DNA of 64,000 bases from an uncultured Actinomycetota bacterium (GCA_963757295.1 CAVWQZ010000011.1:36899-100898), one strand, 5' to 3'; positions 44,606 to 58,363 are shown, numbered from the stretch's first letter. The notes: generated by a model not told the origin, from the sequence alone. Translations and numbers: made by a program.

Positions 44606-45415
44606 GGCAGGTCGAAGGGCAGCTTCAGCCCGTCCAGCGAGTGGCGGCAGGTGCAGTCCGCGTCGGTGGCGGGCAGCGCCGCGATGACGTCGACCAGCAG
44701 GTCCCTGACCTTGGCGATGTTGGCCCCGAAGACGCGCAGCACCTCCTCGTGGGTCACGCCCTCGCCGTGCTCGAGTCCGGCGTCGAGGTCGGTGACCAGC
44801 GCGACGGTGGTGAAGCACAGCGCAAGCTCGCGGGCCAGCGCCGCCTCCGGCATGGCGGTCATGCCGACGATCGTCCAGCCCTGCGACTGGTGCCACAGCG
44901 ACTCGGCCCGGCTGGAGAAGCGCGGGCCGTTGACGACCACCAGGGTGCCGCCGTCGAGTGGCGCCAGGCCACGGTCGCGGCCCGCGGCGACGGCAGCTGC
45001 CCGCCCGGTCGGGCAGTAGGGGTCGGCGAACGGCACATGCACCACGACGCCGGGCTCGTCGAAGAACGTGCTCGCGCGTCCCCACGTGCGGTCGACGACC
45101 TGGTCGGGCACGACGACCGATCCGGCGTCGTGCTCGGCCTTCAGCGACCCGACGGCGCAGGGCGCCAGGACCTGGCGTACGCCGACGGCGCGCAGCGCCC
45201 AGAGGTTGGCGCGGTAGTTGACGCGGTGCGGCGGGAAGCGGTGGTCGCGGCCGTGCCGCGGCACGAAGGCCACCGACCGCCCCGCCACCGTGCCGATGGT
45301 CAGCGCGTCGCTCGGGTCGCCCCACGGCGTCGGGACCTCGACGGTCGTCGACGACTGGAGGAACTCGTAGAGGCCCGAGCCCCCGATGACGCCGATCTCG
45401 GCACGCGGTAGGCAC
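44602..45415 (-). CDS. mtnP: S-methyl-5'-thioadenosine phosphorylase (frameshifts)
   Basis: IGVIGGSG, PRHG, GPRFSSRAES and VTDLDAG motifs. Confidence 0.9.
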
Positions 45416-45495
45416 CGTCGTCGTACGCCGTGCTCGCGGTCTGCATCCGGCGACGATATCGAGCGCGTCGCGCGTACGACGGCGGTGCACAGCCG

Positions 45496-45882
45496 TCAGG
45501 CGGCGCTGCCCGTTGTGGACGACGGGCCCTTCTTCTTCGCGCCCCCACCGCTGGAGGAGGAGTCGCCCGACTTCGGGCTGCTCGTCGAGGCGGCGTCGGT
45601 CTTGCCGGCCGGCTTGGCATCGGGCTTCAGGTCGGCCTTCGCGCCGGACTTCGAGTCGGAGTCGGACTTCGACGCTCGCGACCCGCCGCCGCCGGACTTG
45701 GCCTTGTCGCGGCTGTCGTTGCGGTAGAAGCCGCTGCCCTTGAAGACGATGCCGACGGAGTTGAAGACCTTGCGGAGGCGGCCCCCGCACACCGGGCAGA
45801 CGCTGAGGGCGTCCTCGCTGAAGGACTGCACGGTCTCGAAGTCGTGACCGCACTCGGTGCACACGTACTGGTACGTCGGCAC
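45496..45882 (-). CDS. FmdB family zinc-ribbon protein (Rv0991c/Ruc-like)
   Basis: MPTYQYVCTECG...CPVCGG...FKGSGFYRND; Ser-rich tail. Confidence 0.92.
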   Translation of the reverse strand: MPTYQYVCTECGHDFETVQSFSEDALSVCPVCGGRLRKVFNSVGIVFKGSGFYRNDSRDKAKSGGGGSRASKSDSDSKSGAKADLKPDAKPAGKTDAASTSSPKSGDSSSSGGGAKKKGPSSTTGSAA

Positions 45883-45924
45883 GGACGTCCTCCGGTCTCT
45901 CACACAGTGCTGGCGCTCTGACTG

Positions 45925-45950
45925 CTGGCACTCTCGCTGCCGAGTGCTAA
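45925..45950. promoter_or_regulatory. CIRCE-like HrcA operator
   Basis: CTGGCACTC-N8-GAGTGCTAA (canonical spacer is N9). Confidence 0.75.
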
Positions 45951-45969
45951 GGATACTCGCGCACGGGGG

Positions 45970-46600
45970 CTAGCCGGCGACAAGCGACGCGAGGACGACG
46001 ACGTTGTCGCGGTAGTGGCCGGCGCTGTCGAACGGGCCGCCGCAGGTGATCAGGCGCAGCGCGGCGTGGTCGGTGTTGCCGTAGACGAGCTTGGTCGGGA
46101 AGGCCTTCTTGCGGAAGAGGCGCACCTCGTCGACCTCGAAGACCGCCACCGAGCCGTCGGTGCGGGTGACCTGCACCCGGTCGTTCTTGCGCAGGGTGCC
46201 GAGCCGCCAGAAGACCGACGGCCCGTTCTTCGCCGAGTCGACGTGCCCGACGATGACCGACGGGCCCGAGCTCTCCAGGGGTCGGTGAGTAGCGGTACCA
46301 GCCCGCGTCGTCGTAGTGCCGGCCCGGCTGGGGAACCTCGATCGTGTTGTCGGCGGCGCGGCCGAGGCGCATCACCGATGCCTTGACGTCGATCGCCGGG
46401 ATCGCGATGGAGACCGGCCGGGACGCCGGGAGCACCAGCGGGGCGGGCTGGCCGGACTCGGTCGGGGGTTGGCGTCGTCGGGGGCTGGGTGGTCGGGGTG
46501 CTGCTCGTTCGTGCCGCCGCGGCCGGGGGCTGCGGCGAGTCCGCGGGTGACCGCGACGCCGACGACGGCCGCGCCGGAGACGACCAGAGACGCCGGTCAC
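45970..46600 (-). CDS. Class F sortase (frameshifts)
   Basis: AGWY...PGE.G, GHVDS, LRLITCGG and YRDNVVV motifs. Confidence 0.9.
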
Positions 46601-46636
46601 CAGCGCAGCGACGAGGCCGCGGTGGCTACCGGCGGT

Positions 46637-47623
46637 TCAGGGCGGGCAGGACGGACATCGCCAGCTCAGTGCTTTCGGTACGGCCCGCCGCCAGCCGAGC
46701 AGCGCAGTGGCCGCCGCCGACAGGAGCAGGGCAGTGCCCAGGGCGAGCAGGCCGCTGGGGCTCAGCCCGCCGCCGGAGTCCGCGCCGGCCGGGACCCCAC
46801 CGGAGGGCACCAGCGGTGATCTGCGGGTCGTGGACGCCGCGGTCGGGGTCGGTCGGTGACGGCTGCCGCGGTGATGTTGGTGAGAACCGACGACGCTGCA
46901 GGTGAGCAGCGTGCCGTCGGCGTTCCCGGTGCCGTTGCACTGGTTGACCGTGATCGGGATGGCCGGGCTGACGTCGGAAGCAGGTGCGACGGAGCAGCCG
47001 CGGCGGATCCGCCGCCGTTCACCGAGCCGTTGCACTGGGTCACGGTTGCGCCCGTGGTCGACGCCGGGTTGGGGTTACACACGAGAGGGCCCTGGCCGCC
47101 GTACTGGCCGCCGCCACCGCCCGGTGCCGACGCACTGGTTGACCGTTGCGGCGGTCACGGGCTGCGCGCCAGGAGTGTCCGCGCTGATGTTGTTGATCAC
47201 CGAGACGGTGCAGGTGATCAGCGGCGGTGCCGCATCGTTGCCCGAGTTGTTGCACTGCGTCGATGTCTCGTGACGACGTCCGTGTAGTTCGTGGTCACGC
47301 TCCGGAGCAGGGCGGCGGTGTCGCTGGGCTCGCAGGGTTCGAGGGAGCAGGTGCCGCGTCACGGTGACGCGTCGAGCTGCGGGCCCCGCCGTTGATGGTG
47401 TTGACGACGGTCACCGTGCAGGTGATGCCGGTCGTGGCGCCGGCCGGGCCAGCGTTGCTGGCCGTTGCACTGGTCGATCGAGACGGGTGCGGCCTGCGCC
47501 GGAGTCGGTGCCAGCGAGACACCGGCCAGGGACAGCCCGGCGGCGACCAGGAACAAGGCGAGCAGGATGCGCAACGTGCGTCGGGGGAGGGAGATCGGCA
47601 GGTGGGCAGCAACGGTCTGTCAT
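46637..47623 (-). CDS. Secreted Cys-repeat surface protein with class F sortase signal (many frameshifts)
   Basis: Signal peptide ending AQA; about 5 QC(N/V) repeats; VPSGGVPAG + TM + RR. Confidence 0.75.
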
Positions 47624-47812
47624 GGGGAACACGGCCTTCCGGCAGACGTGTCAAGCCCCAACTGGGCAACCGGGCACGAGGCGTACTTTTCGTAGTCGAA
47701 TGACTACAATGTGTGAACCATACCCGCAAATCGGGCCAAACTGAAACGCGTGACGCGTAGGTGGGCACGCTCGGCCGGTACCGTTGACGCCTACTGAGCC
47801 CGGAGGTGACTG

Positions 47813-48236
47813 GTGGCGCCCGAGCGCGCGCGGACCCGGGTGGCAGCGTTGCTGCTGGTCGCCGCCGCCGTGGTCGTCGCGCTCCTGAGCCCCCTGCTGT
47901 CGGCGGGTCTCGCGCACCGGTCGCCCAGGCCCGACGGGCCTCAGCGCCACCACCCGGACCACCCCCCTCGCGACGGCTGCGCGGGGATCGCTCGGGCAGG
48001 CGCCGGAGCGTGTTGCCCGGGCTGCGGTGCAGGCCCGGCACGTCGCCCAGCTCTCGCACACCGGCAGCGGACCTGCGGGGCAGCACCTGACGGCGGCACT
48101 GGCCGGCGTCGGGCTGCTGTTCGCCCTCGCGGGGCGGCGGCTGCCGTCTCCAGCTCGAGCACGGACACCGAGCGGCACGGATCGCGCGACCCAGCGCAAC
48201 CGTGGGCCGCCTCGGGCAGCAGCACGTCTCGCCTGA
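47813..48236 (+). CDS. Secretion-monitor arrest peptide (ApdA-like) with RGPP motif (frameshift ~47920)
   Basis: RBS GGAGG; N-terminal TM; second TM; C-terminal ...RNRGPPRAAARLA*; directly upstream of secDF. Confidence 0.7.
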
Positions 48237-48264
48237 CGCTGCCCATCTGCCCGGAAGGTCCCTC

Positions 48265-50597
<2,333 letters not shown>

Positions 50598-50739
50598 AGG
50601 AGCGGCTGCGCCGGCCGGGCTCAAGCGGGCCAAGCCCGGGCGCGACCCCGGGGACAGCGGCGCGGTGCTCTAACCCTCATCCACCGGTTGTCAGACTCTC
50701 GTGGCCTGTCTGGGCCACCACGTTCTGACACCGGCTTAG

Positions 50740-51111
50740 TCAGCTGACCGGGCTGGTCAGGACGGCGGCGAGCGCGTCCATCGCTCCGGGCACCGGGCGG
50801 AAGTAGGCCCAGCGCCCGCGCTTCTCCCGCTCCAGCAGGCCGGCCTCGACGAGCACCTTCATGTGGTGGCTGATCGTCGGCTGGGACAGGCCGAGCGGAT
50901 CGGTCAGGTCGCAGATGCATCCCTCGCCGGCGTCGGAGGCCAGCACGAGCGACATCAGCCGCAGCCGGGCGGGGTCGGCCAGCGCCTTGAGCCGCCCGGC
51001 CAGCACCTCGGCGTCCGCCTCGGACAGCGGCGCCGAGGAGAGCGGTGGGCAGCACGGGGCTGCGTCGCCGTCGAGCAACGGCAGCAGGCGGGGGGTGGTC
51101 GCGCTCGTCAT
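50740..51111 (-). CDS. arsR: ArsR family metalloregulator
   Basis: N-terminal CC; KALADPARL; CICDL; SQPTISHH. Confidence 0.92.
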   Translation of the reverse strand: MTSATTPRLLPLLDGDAAPCCPPLSSAPLSEADAEVLAGRLKALADPARLRLMSLVLASDAGEGCICDLTDPLGLSQPTISHHMKVLVEAGLLEREKRGRWAYFRPVPGAMDALAAVLTSPVS

Positions 51112-51130
51112 GGACCCATCATGGCGCACA

Positions 51131-51186
51131 TATTGACATCTGTCGATTGATGGGCCATCGTCCTCATGCATCGACAAGAATCAATA
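51131..51186. promoter_or_regulatory. Probable ArsR operator
   Basis: TATTGACATCTGTCGAT ... ATCGACAAGAATCAATA inverted repeat. Confidence 0.7.
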
Positions 51187-51202
51187 CGAGGAGGTGGGAC
51201 AC

Positions 51203-51259
51203 GTGGACTGCTGCGACGACATCTGCACCGAGCAGGACTGTGGCGTCGGCTGCTGCTGA
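51203..51259 (+). CDS. 18-aa Cys-rich micropeptide MDCCDDICTEQDCGVGCC
   Basis: SD GAGGAGGTG directly upstream of GTG; 6 Cys; stop overlaps the aquaporin start region. Confidence 0.75.
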   Translation: MDCCDDICTEQDCGVGCC

Positions 51260-52005
51260 CCCATCGGCCGCTGGCCCGACGCCTGCTGGCCGAGTTCGTC
51301 GGCACTGCCCTGCTGGTGACCATCGTGGTCGGCTCCGGCATCGCCGCGGAGCGGCTCTCGCCTGGCCAGGCGGGCCTGCAGCTGCTGGAGAACTCGACCG
51401 CAACGGCGCTCGGGCTGGCGGTGCTCATCCTCACGCTCGGGCCGGTGTCGGGCGGGCACTTCAACCCGGTCATCTCCGCCGTGGACTGGGTCATCGGCCG
51501 CCGGTCCGGTTCCGGGCTGACTCCGCGGGCCCTCGGGGGCTACGCCGTGGCTCAGCTGGCGGGGGGCGTCGCGGGCGCCGTGCTCGCCAACCTGATGTAC
51601 GAGCTGCCGGCGCTCGAGCTGGCAACCACCGAGCGCAGCGGAGCCGGGGTGGTGATCGCCGAGGTCGTCGCCACGGCCGGACTGGTCACGGTGGTGTTCG
51701 CCTTGGCCCGCAACGGCTTTGCTGCCTGGTCTGCTCCCGCCGTCGGCGCCTACATCGGGGCTGCCTACTGGTTCACGTCCAGTACGTCGTTCGCCAACCC
51801 GGCTGTCACGGTCGGGCGGATGTTCTCGGACACGTTCGCCGGGATCGCGCCCGGGTCCGTGCCGCCGTTCCTGGCCGCTCAGGCCGTCGGCGGCCTCGTC
51901 GGCGCCGCGCTCGTCCTGGCCCTCTATCCCGACGCCGCCGCTGCGGCGGACGATGTCGTCGTACCGCATGACGGGCCGACAACCCACAAGAGAGGCGACC
52001 GCTGA
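51256..52005 (+). CDS. MIP/aquaporin arsenite channel (AqpS-like); start uncertain
   Basis: AEFVGTA, SGGHFNPV and WFTSSTSFANPAVT motifs. Confidence 0.88.
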   Translation: MTHRPLARRLLAEFVGTALLVTIVVGSGIAAERLSPGQAGLQLLENSTATALGLAVLILTLGPVSGGHFNPVISAVDWVIGRRSGSGLTPRALGGYAVAQLAGGVAGAVLANLMYELPALELATTERSGAGVVIAEVVATAGLVTVVFALARNGFAAWSAPAVGAYIGAAYWFTSSTSFANPAVTVGRMFSDTFAGIAPGSVPPFLAAQAVGGLVGAALVLALYPDAAAAADDVVVPHDGPTTHKRGDR

Positions 52006-52424
52006 TGACCGACCGGCCGAGTGTGCTGTTCGTCTGCGTGCACAACGCGGGCCGCTCCCAGATGGCAGCCGGATTCCTGCGGACGCTGTCCGGCGACTCC
52101 GTGGAGGTGCGCTCGGCCGGCACCGCCCCGGCGGACACCATCAACCCCGTCGTCGTCGAGGCGATGAACGAGGTCGGCGTCGACCTGTCGGAGCAGACCC
52201 CGAAGGTCCTGGACCCGGCCGTCGTGCAGGCCAGCGATGTCGTGGTCACGATGGGCTGCGGCGACGAGTGCCCCTACTTCCCGGGAACGACCTACCTCGA
52301 CTGGGAGCTGCCCGACCCGGCCGGGCAGGACCTGGCTGCGGTCCGCCCCATCCGCGACGAGATCCGCCGCCGCGTTCTGGAGCTGCTCGAGACGCTGCGA
52401 CCGACCGTTGCTCCGACGGACTGA
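52005..52424 (+). CDS. arsC: Arsenate reductase (LMW-PTP fold)
   Basis: FVCVHNAGRSQM, MGCGDEC and DPAG motifs. Confidence 0.92.
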   Translation: MTDRPSVLFVCVHNAGRSQMAAGFLRTLSGDSVEVRSAGTAPADTINPVVVEAMNEVGVDLSEQTPKVLDPAVVQASDVVVTMGCGDECPYFPGTTYLDWELPDPAGQDLAAVRPIRDEIRRRVLELLETLRPTVAPTD

Positions 52425-52530
52425 CCAAACAGCCCGATTCGCCCCGCGACCGACCAAGATCAGTCACACTCTGGGCTGACGTCGATGCGGCCCGAGACCC
52501 CGGCCGCGGGCCGCGTACGCAGCCGCGGGG

Positions 52531-54296
52531 GTGAGCGTGGAGGGCCCAGCGGAGACGAGCAGCGCCGCGGCGCGCTTCGCGGCCGTCGGCGTGGAGCGCT
52601 ACGAGCTCGCCCTGCAGGCCGGCCGGATGGGCACGTGGTACTGGGACGTGGCCGCGAACCGGATCGACTGGGACGACCAGCTCCCCCGCGTGTTCGGCCT
52701 CGAGCCGGGTCGAGTTCGACGGCACCTTCGACAGCTACCTGGGGCTGCTGCACCCGGACGACGTCGAGGCGACGATCGCCTCGATCCAGGACTCGGTGGC
52801 GACCGGCCGTGATCACTACATCGAGCACCGGGTGATCCACCCGGACGGCACCGTGCACTGGGTGAGCGGCACCGGGCGACCCATCGTCGGGCCGGACGGT
52901 GAGGTCGTCGCCATGGTGGGTGTCGGCGCGGACATCACCGAGCAGCACGCGGCGCACGAGGCGACCCTGGCCGCCGAGGCGGCGACTGCCATCGCGCAGG
53001 ACGCCGCCGCTCGCTCGCAAGCCCGGCTGGCGCTGCTGGGGCGGGTCAGCGGCGTGCTCGGCGCCTCTCTCGACGTCAGCACCACCCTGCAACAGCTGGC
53101 CGACATCGTCGTGCACGAAGGGCTTGGGCGACTGGTGCGCGGTGGAGGTTCCCGGCGGGCCACACGGGGTGCGCCGGCTGGCGCTCGCGCACCGTGACCC
53201 GGCGATGGTGGAGTTCGCCCGCCGGGTGCAGGAGGACTACCCCCCGCAGCTGCGCGACGACCAGGGAGTCGGCAAGGTCCTGCTGACCGGGGAGCCCGAG
53301 CTGTGGCCCTCGATCCCGCCGGAGCTGATCCGCCAGTCGGCCGTGGACGAGACCCACCTCGAGCTGATCGAGAGCCTGCAGATCAGCGCCGGCATCGTGG
53401 TCCCGCTGACGGCCCGGGGCCGGGTGCTCGGGGTCCTGAGCCTCGTGGGGTCGGGCGGACGCACCTTCGACGAGGAGGACATGGCCGCGGCGATGGAGCT
53501 GGGTGCGCGCGCCGGCGTCGCGCTGGACAACGCCTACCTGTACGACGACCGCGACACCGTGGCCCGCACCCTGCAGCAGAGCCTGCTGCCGCACACCTTG
53601 CCCGACGTACCGGGTCTCGATCTGGCCGCGGCCTACCGCCCGGGGAGCATCACCCTCGGCATCGGGGGCGACTTCTACGACGTGTTCCCCGCCGGCGAGG
53701 GAAGCTGGCGGCTGGTCATCGGAGACGTGTGCGGCAAGGGCGTCGAGGCCGCTGCCCTGACCGGTGCCGTGCGCTACGCCCTGCGCACCGCCGCGGTGCT
53801 GACGCCGTCACCGGCGGCGGCGCTCGCCATCGTCAACGACACCCTCCTGCGCGAGGACTGGCAGCACCGCTTCGCGACGCTCACGCTGCTCGCCGTCGAC
53901 CTGTCGGAGGGGTCGATCCGGGTCACCGCCGCCAGCGGCGGTCATCCGCCGCCGCTGCTGCGGACGGCCGACGGCACGGTCACCAGGGTCGAGGCGCCGG
54001 GCACCATCGTCGGGACGCTGCCCGATGCGCAGTTCAGCGAGACGACGTTCGAGCTGGCCGCGGGGGACTGCCTCTTCCTCTACACGGACGGCATCGTGGA
54101 GGCGGGCGCGCCCGGGGAGATGTTCGGCGACGACCGGTTGATCGCTGCGCTGGAGTCCGCGGACATCAGCTCGGCGTCGGGCATCACCCGCAAGATGCTG
54201 GCGGCGCTGGACGCGTTCGTGGCGCCATCCGACGCGCGCCGCCGGGCCGACGAGGGCCGTGACGACCTCGCGCTGCTGACCGTCCTGGTCGGCTAG
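52531..54296 (+). CDS. PAS-GAF-SpoIIE (PP2C) phosphatase (frameshifts)
   Basis: LHPDD, GGDFYD, GDVCGKG, YTDG and DDLA motifs. Confidence 0.9.
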
Positions 54297-54320
54297 CCGC
54301 GCGGGTCACCACGGATCGCC

Positions 54321-55798
54321 CTAGCCGGGTCGGCCGCGGTCGCGGTACCAACCGGCCAGCCGGCCCGACCTGGCCACCGCACGCAACCGGCGCTCGACCT
54401 CGTCGCGAACGCTTCCGGTCGCCACGATGATCAGCTCGTCGCCCTCACGCAGCTTCGTGTTCGGCGTGGGCACGGACGCCTCCCCCTCCCGGACGACCAG
54501 CGTGATCGCCGCGCCGCGGGGCAGGCGCAGCTCGAACACCTCCACCCCGGCGAGCCGGGAACCCTCCGGCACGTGCACCTGCAGCAGGTCGGCGTCGAGT
54601 CGGGTCAGGGGTGATGACTCGATGTCGAGGTCCTGCGACTCGCCGGGCCGGGTGAGGCCCAGCTGTCGGGCCACCCACGGCAGGGTCGGTCCCTGCACGA
54701 CCGTGTAGACCACGACCAGCACGAACACGATGTTGAAGATCTCTTCGTCGCGCGGCACCGTCGCGAGCACGACCGGCACCGCACCGCGGAGCCCGGCCCA
54801 GGCGAGGAACGCCTGTTCTCGCCACGGGATGCGGAAGGGCAACGTGGACGCCACCACCGACAGCGGGCGCGAGACGAGCAGCAGCACCAGGCCGATGCCC
54901 AGGGCCGGCAGGATCGAGGACGGCCAGCTCCGACGGCGTCGCGAGCAGCCCCAGCATCACGAACAGCCCGATCTGGGCGAGCCAGGCCATGCCCTCGGCG
55001 AAGCCCCGCGTCGCCGGGCGGTGCGGCAGCCGGGAGTTCCCCAGCACCACCGCGGCCAGGTAGACCGCGAGGAAGCCGCTCGCGTGAACGGCCGCGGCAG
55101 CGCCGTAGGCCGTCACGCACAGCGCCATCACCGCGAGCGGATACAGACCCGACGCGGGCAGGGCGATGCGGCGTACGGCGAGCGCCCCGAGCCACCCGAC
55201 CGCGAGCCCGATGACCGCCCCCACGGTCAGCTCGTAGACCAGCAGCCCGAGCAGCTCGTACCACGTCGGTGCGGTGGCCCCGGCGAGAGCCACCACGAGG
55301 ATGACCACGGGCGCGTCGTTGAACCCGGACTCCGCTTCGAGCAGGCCGCCGATGCGGGCCGGCAGCGGCACCCGGCGCAGCACCGAGAACACCGCGGCCG
55401 AGTCGGTGGGCGCCAGGATCGCACCGACCAGGAACGCATAGCGCCAGTCGACGTCCAGCAGCAGCCACGTTGCGCCCGCGGTGACGGTGACCGACACCGC
55501 GGTGCCGATCGTCGCCAGGGCGGCCGCCGCGGGGACCACCGGCCGGATCGTTCGCCACGACGTGGTGAGGCCACCTTCGGCGAGGATCACCACGAGTGCG
55601 GCGTAGCCCAGAGCCTGGGCCAGCTCGGCGTCGTCGAACTCGAGACCCAGCGCGTCCTCGCCGAGCAGCAGGCCCAGACCGAGGTAGAGCAGCAGCGACG
55701 GCAGGCCGGTGCCCACCGACAGGCGGACGGCGGCGATGCTCACGAGCAGCACGACGGCCCCGAACGAGCAGGAGCGTGTCCAGCTGGTCGACGCTCAC
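54321..55798 (-). CDS. K+/H+ antiporter (NhaP2/CvrA) with RCK_C domain (frameshifts)
   Basis: TDSAAVFS, EAESGFND and WAGLRGAVP motifs. Confidence 0.9.
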
Positions 55799-56367
55799 GG
55801 GAACCTCACCACCCGGTGCGGCGTGACGGCCATGGTGACCGGCTGGTCGTGCGGTTCGGACGGTACGACGGGCAGCAGCTCGTCGTCGTACAGCAGGACC
55901 GCCACCGGCCGCCCGGCAGGCACCCGCTGCAGCGCCCGGTCGTAGGAGCCGCCGCCCCGGCCCAGGCGCGTGCCGCGCTCGTCCACGGCCAGGCCAGGAA
56001 CCAGGACGACGTCCGCCGCCGCCACCGCGCTCACGCCCAGGAGCGGCCCGGTCGGCTCGCGGAGTCCGCGCCGGGTCTGGGCAAGTACGTCCGGACCCCC
56101 GTAGTCTGCCCAGTCGAGATCAAGGTCGTCGCCCACTACCGGCACCACGACGCGGACGCCGCGCGAACGGAGACTTTCCACGAGGTGCATGGTCGGCGGT
56201 TCCGTGCCGATAGACAGATATGCGGCGACGGAGGAGGAAACCGTGATCTCGGGCAGGGCCAGCACTGCGTGGGCGATAGCTGCTCCGGCCTCATCCCGGG
56301 CGGCCGGCGGCCGCGCGCGACGGGCCGCCAGAAGGCGCTCGCGCAGCTCCGACTTGGCCCTATCCAC
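55795..56367 (-). CDS. 5-formyltetrahydrofolate cyclo-ligase
   Basis: KSELR, RLGRGGGSYDR and EPHD motifs. Confidence 0.92.
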   Translation of the reverse strand: MDRAKSELRERLLAARRARPPAARDEAGAAIAHAVLALPEITVSSSVAAYLSIGTEPPTMHLVESLRSRGVRVVVPVVGDDLDLDWADYGGPDVLAQTRRGLREPTGPLLGVSAVAAADVVLVPGLAVDERGTRLGRGGGSYDRALQRVPAGRPVAVLLYDDELLPVVPSEPHDQPVTMAVTPHRVVRFP

Positions 56368-56417
56368 GTGCGCAGCATTTCAGCAGATGGACGTGACGAG
56401 GAAAGGACGGTGATCGC

Positions 56418-58363
56418 GTGAGTCTGCGCAGCCGTCTCTGGCTCGTCCTGGGGGCCCTGTTCCTGGTCCCCCTCGTCGTCGGCGTGATGGTCATCGCGCT
56501 GGCCGTGCCGCAGGTCAAGGACGACCAGCTGGAGCAGTCGCTGGAGTCCGGCCGCGCGGTCGTGAGCACCCAGCTCAAGGACACCTGCCGGCTGCTCGGC
56601 CTGACCGCGCGGACGGTGGGGCTGGAGTCGGCCACCTCGCGCCCGGATCTCGCGGTCGCCAACGCGGTGCGGGGTGGCTACAGCGACTACGCGGCCCTGC
56701 TCGGCGCCGAAGGAGAGGTCGTTGCCGAGGAAGGGCAGCTGCCGCCCGACTCGCCCGCGCCGCAACAGCTGGCGAGCTGCACGGGCAGCGACCAGCCGCT
56801 CAGGCTGGTCGCCGAGAGGGTGCCGGTGAGCGGCATCCCGCCCGCGACGACCGCCGTGGCGGTCACCACTCTCGACGGGGACTTCCTCCAGGACCTGCGT
56901 CGTCGCACCGCGATGCCGGGCGAGATCCTGCTGCTCGACGGCACGACAGTGGTGGCCTCGAGCACGGACGCCGGGATGAGTCGCCGCATCGCCGCCGCGA
57001 TCGGTGACCGGACGGGTCGCATCGAGGTCGGGGACTGGCTCGCGCAGGTCAGCCCGCCCAGCGACGGGGTGCCGTTCACGGTGGTCGTCACGCAGAACGG
57101 CGGTCTCGGCGGCGGAACCACCGGTCTGTTCCTGCTCATCCTGCTTGCCGGCGCGCTGGTGGCAGCGGCCCTGGTGACGGTGGTGGTCCGCGGGCTGAGC
57201 CAGCCGCTCACCGACCTCACCGAGGCAGCCGAGCGGGTGGTCCAGGGCGACCTGGACACGCGCATCGCGCCAACGACCGACGACAGCGAGGTCGGCAGAC
57301 TCTCCGAGGCGTTCAACGTCATCACGTCCGACCTCCGGCAGAACATGACCGCGCTGGAGAAGAGTCGCGCGGACCTCAGTGTCAGCCTGCAGAAGATCGG
57401 CGAGACCCTCACGAACACGCACGACCTGGACGGCCTGCTGGAGGTCGTGCTCGACACGGCGGTCGTCACCCTGCAGGCACGGGCAGGCGTCGTGCTCTAC
57501 GGCGCACCGGAGCAGATGCACGTCGTGGCCGACAGCGGCATGCACGAGGCCGGGCTGGTGGCCCCGGCCGGCATCGCACCCGGCGTCGGAGTCCTGGGCC
57601 GCGTCGTGACGTCCGGCGAAGCCGTGCGCGGCCGGCTGGGCTCGGGACCCCAGAGCTGGAGCCGGCGGCGACCGAGCCCGGCGTGGGCAACATCTTCGCG
57701 GTGCCGCTGCGCAGCATGGGCAACGTCGTGGGGGTCCTCGCGCTCTACGACCGTGTCGACGGGCGGCCCTTCGACGAGGGGGACGTCGAGTCCCTGGGCA
57801 CCCTGTCGACACAAGCGAGCATCGCCATGGACAACGTGCAGCTGCACCAGGAGGCGCAGCGGCTGTCCACGACCGACGCCCTGACCGGGTTGTGGAACTT
57901 CCGCTACCTGTCGAGCAGCCTGGGCCGAGAGATCGAGCGTGCCAACCGGTTCGAGCGTCCCCTCGCCGTACTCATGCTCGACATCGACCACTTCAAGCAG
58001 GTCAACGACCAGCACGGGCACGCGCGCGGTGACACCGTGCTGCGCGAGCTGGCGCATCGGGTCCAGGAGCAGATCCGTGAGGTCGACACGTTCGCGCGCT
58101 ACGGCGGCGAGGAGTTCGTCGTGGTGCTGCCGGAAACCACGGTGGAAGGCGCTACCCAGCTGGCCGAGCGCATCTGCGTCGCCGTGCGCCGCGAGCTCTT
58201 CCGGGCCGAGGGCGAGGAGTCGCTCAAGGTGACCGTCTCCGTCGGCGGGGCTGCCTTCCCCGCGCACGGTTCCAGCGCGGCGACGTTGATGCGTGCCGCC
58301 GACCGCGCGCTCTACGTCGCCAAGAACGAGGGCCGCGACCGCTGGCACGTTCCGGAGGCCTAG
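56418..58363 (+). CDS. Membrane HAMP-GAF diguanylate cyclase (frameshift ~57660)
   Basis: DALTGL, DIDHFKQVND and REVD...RYGGEEF motifs. Confidence 0.9.

Noticed and set aside
51166-51255. Aquaporin start at ATG 51166
   Set aside because: It lies inside the ArsR operator/promoter region with no SD, and the strong SD belongs to the Cys peptide; not fully excluded.
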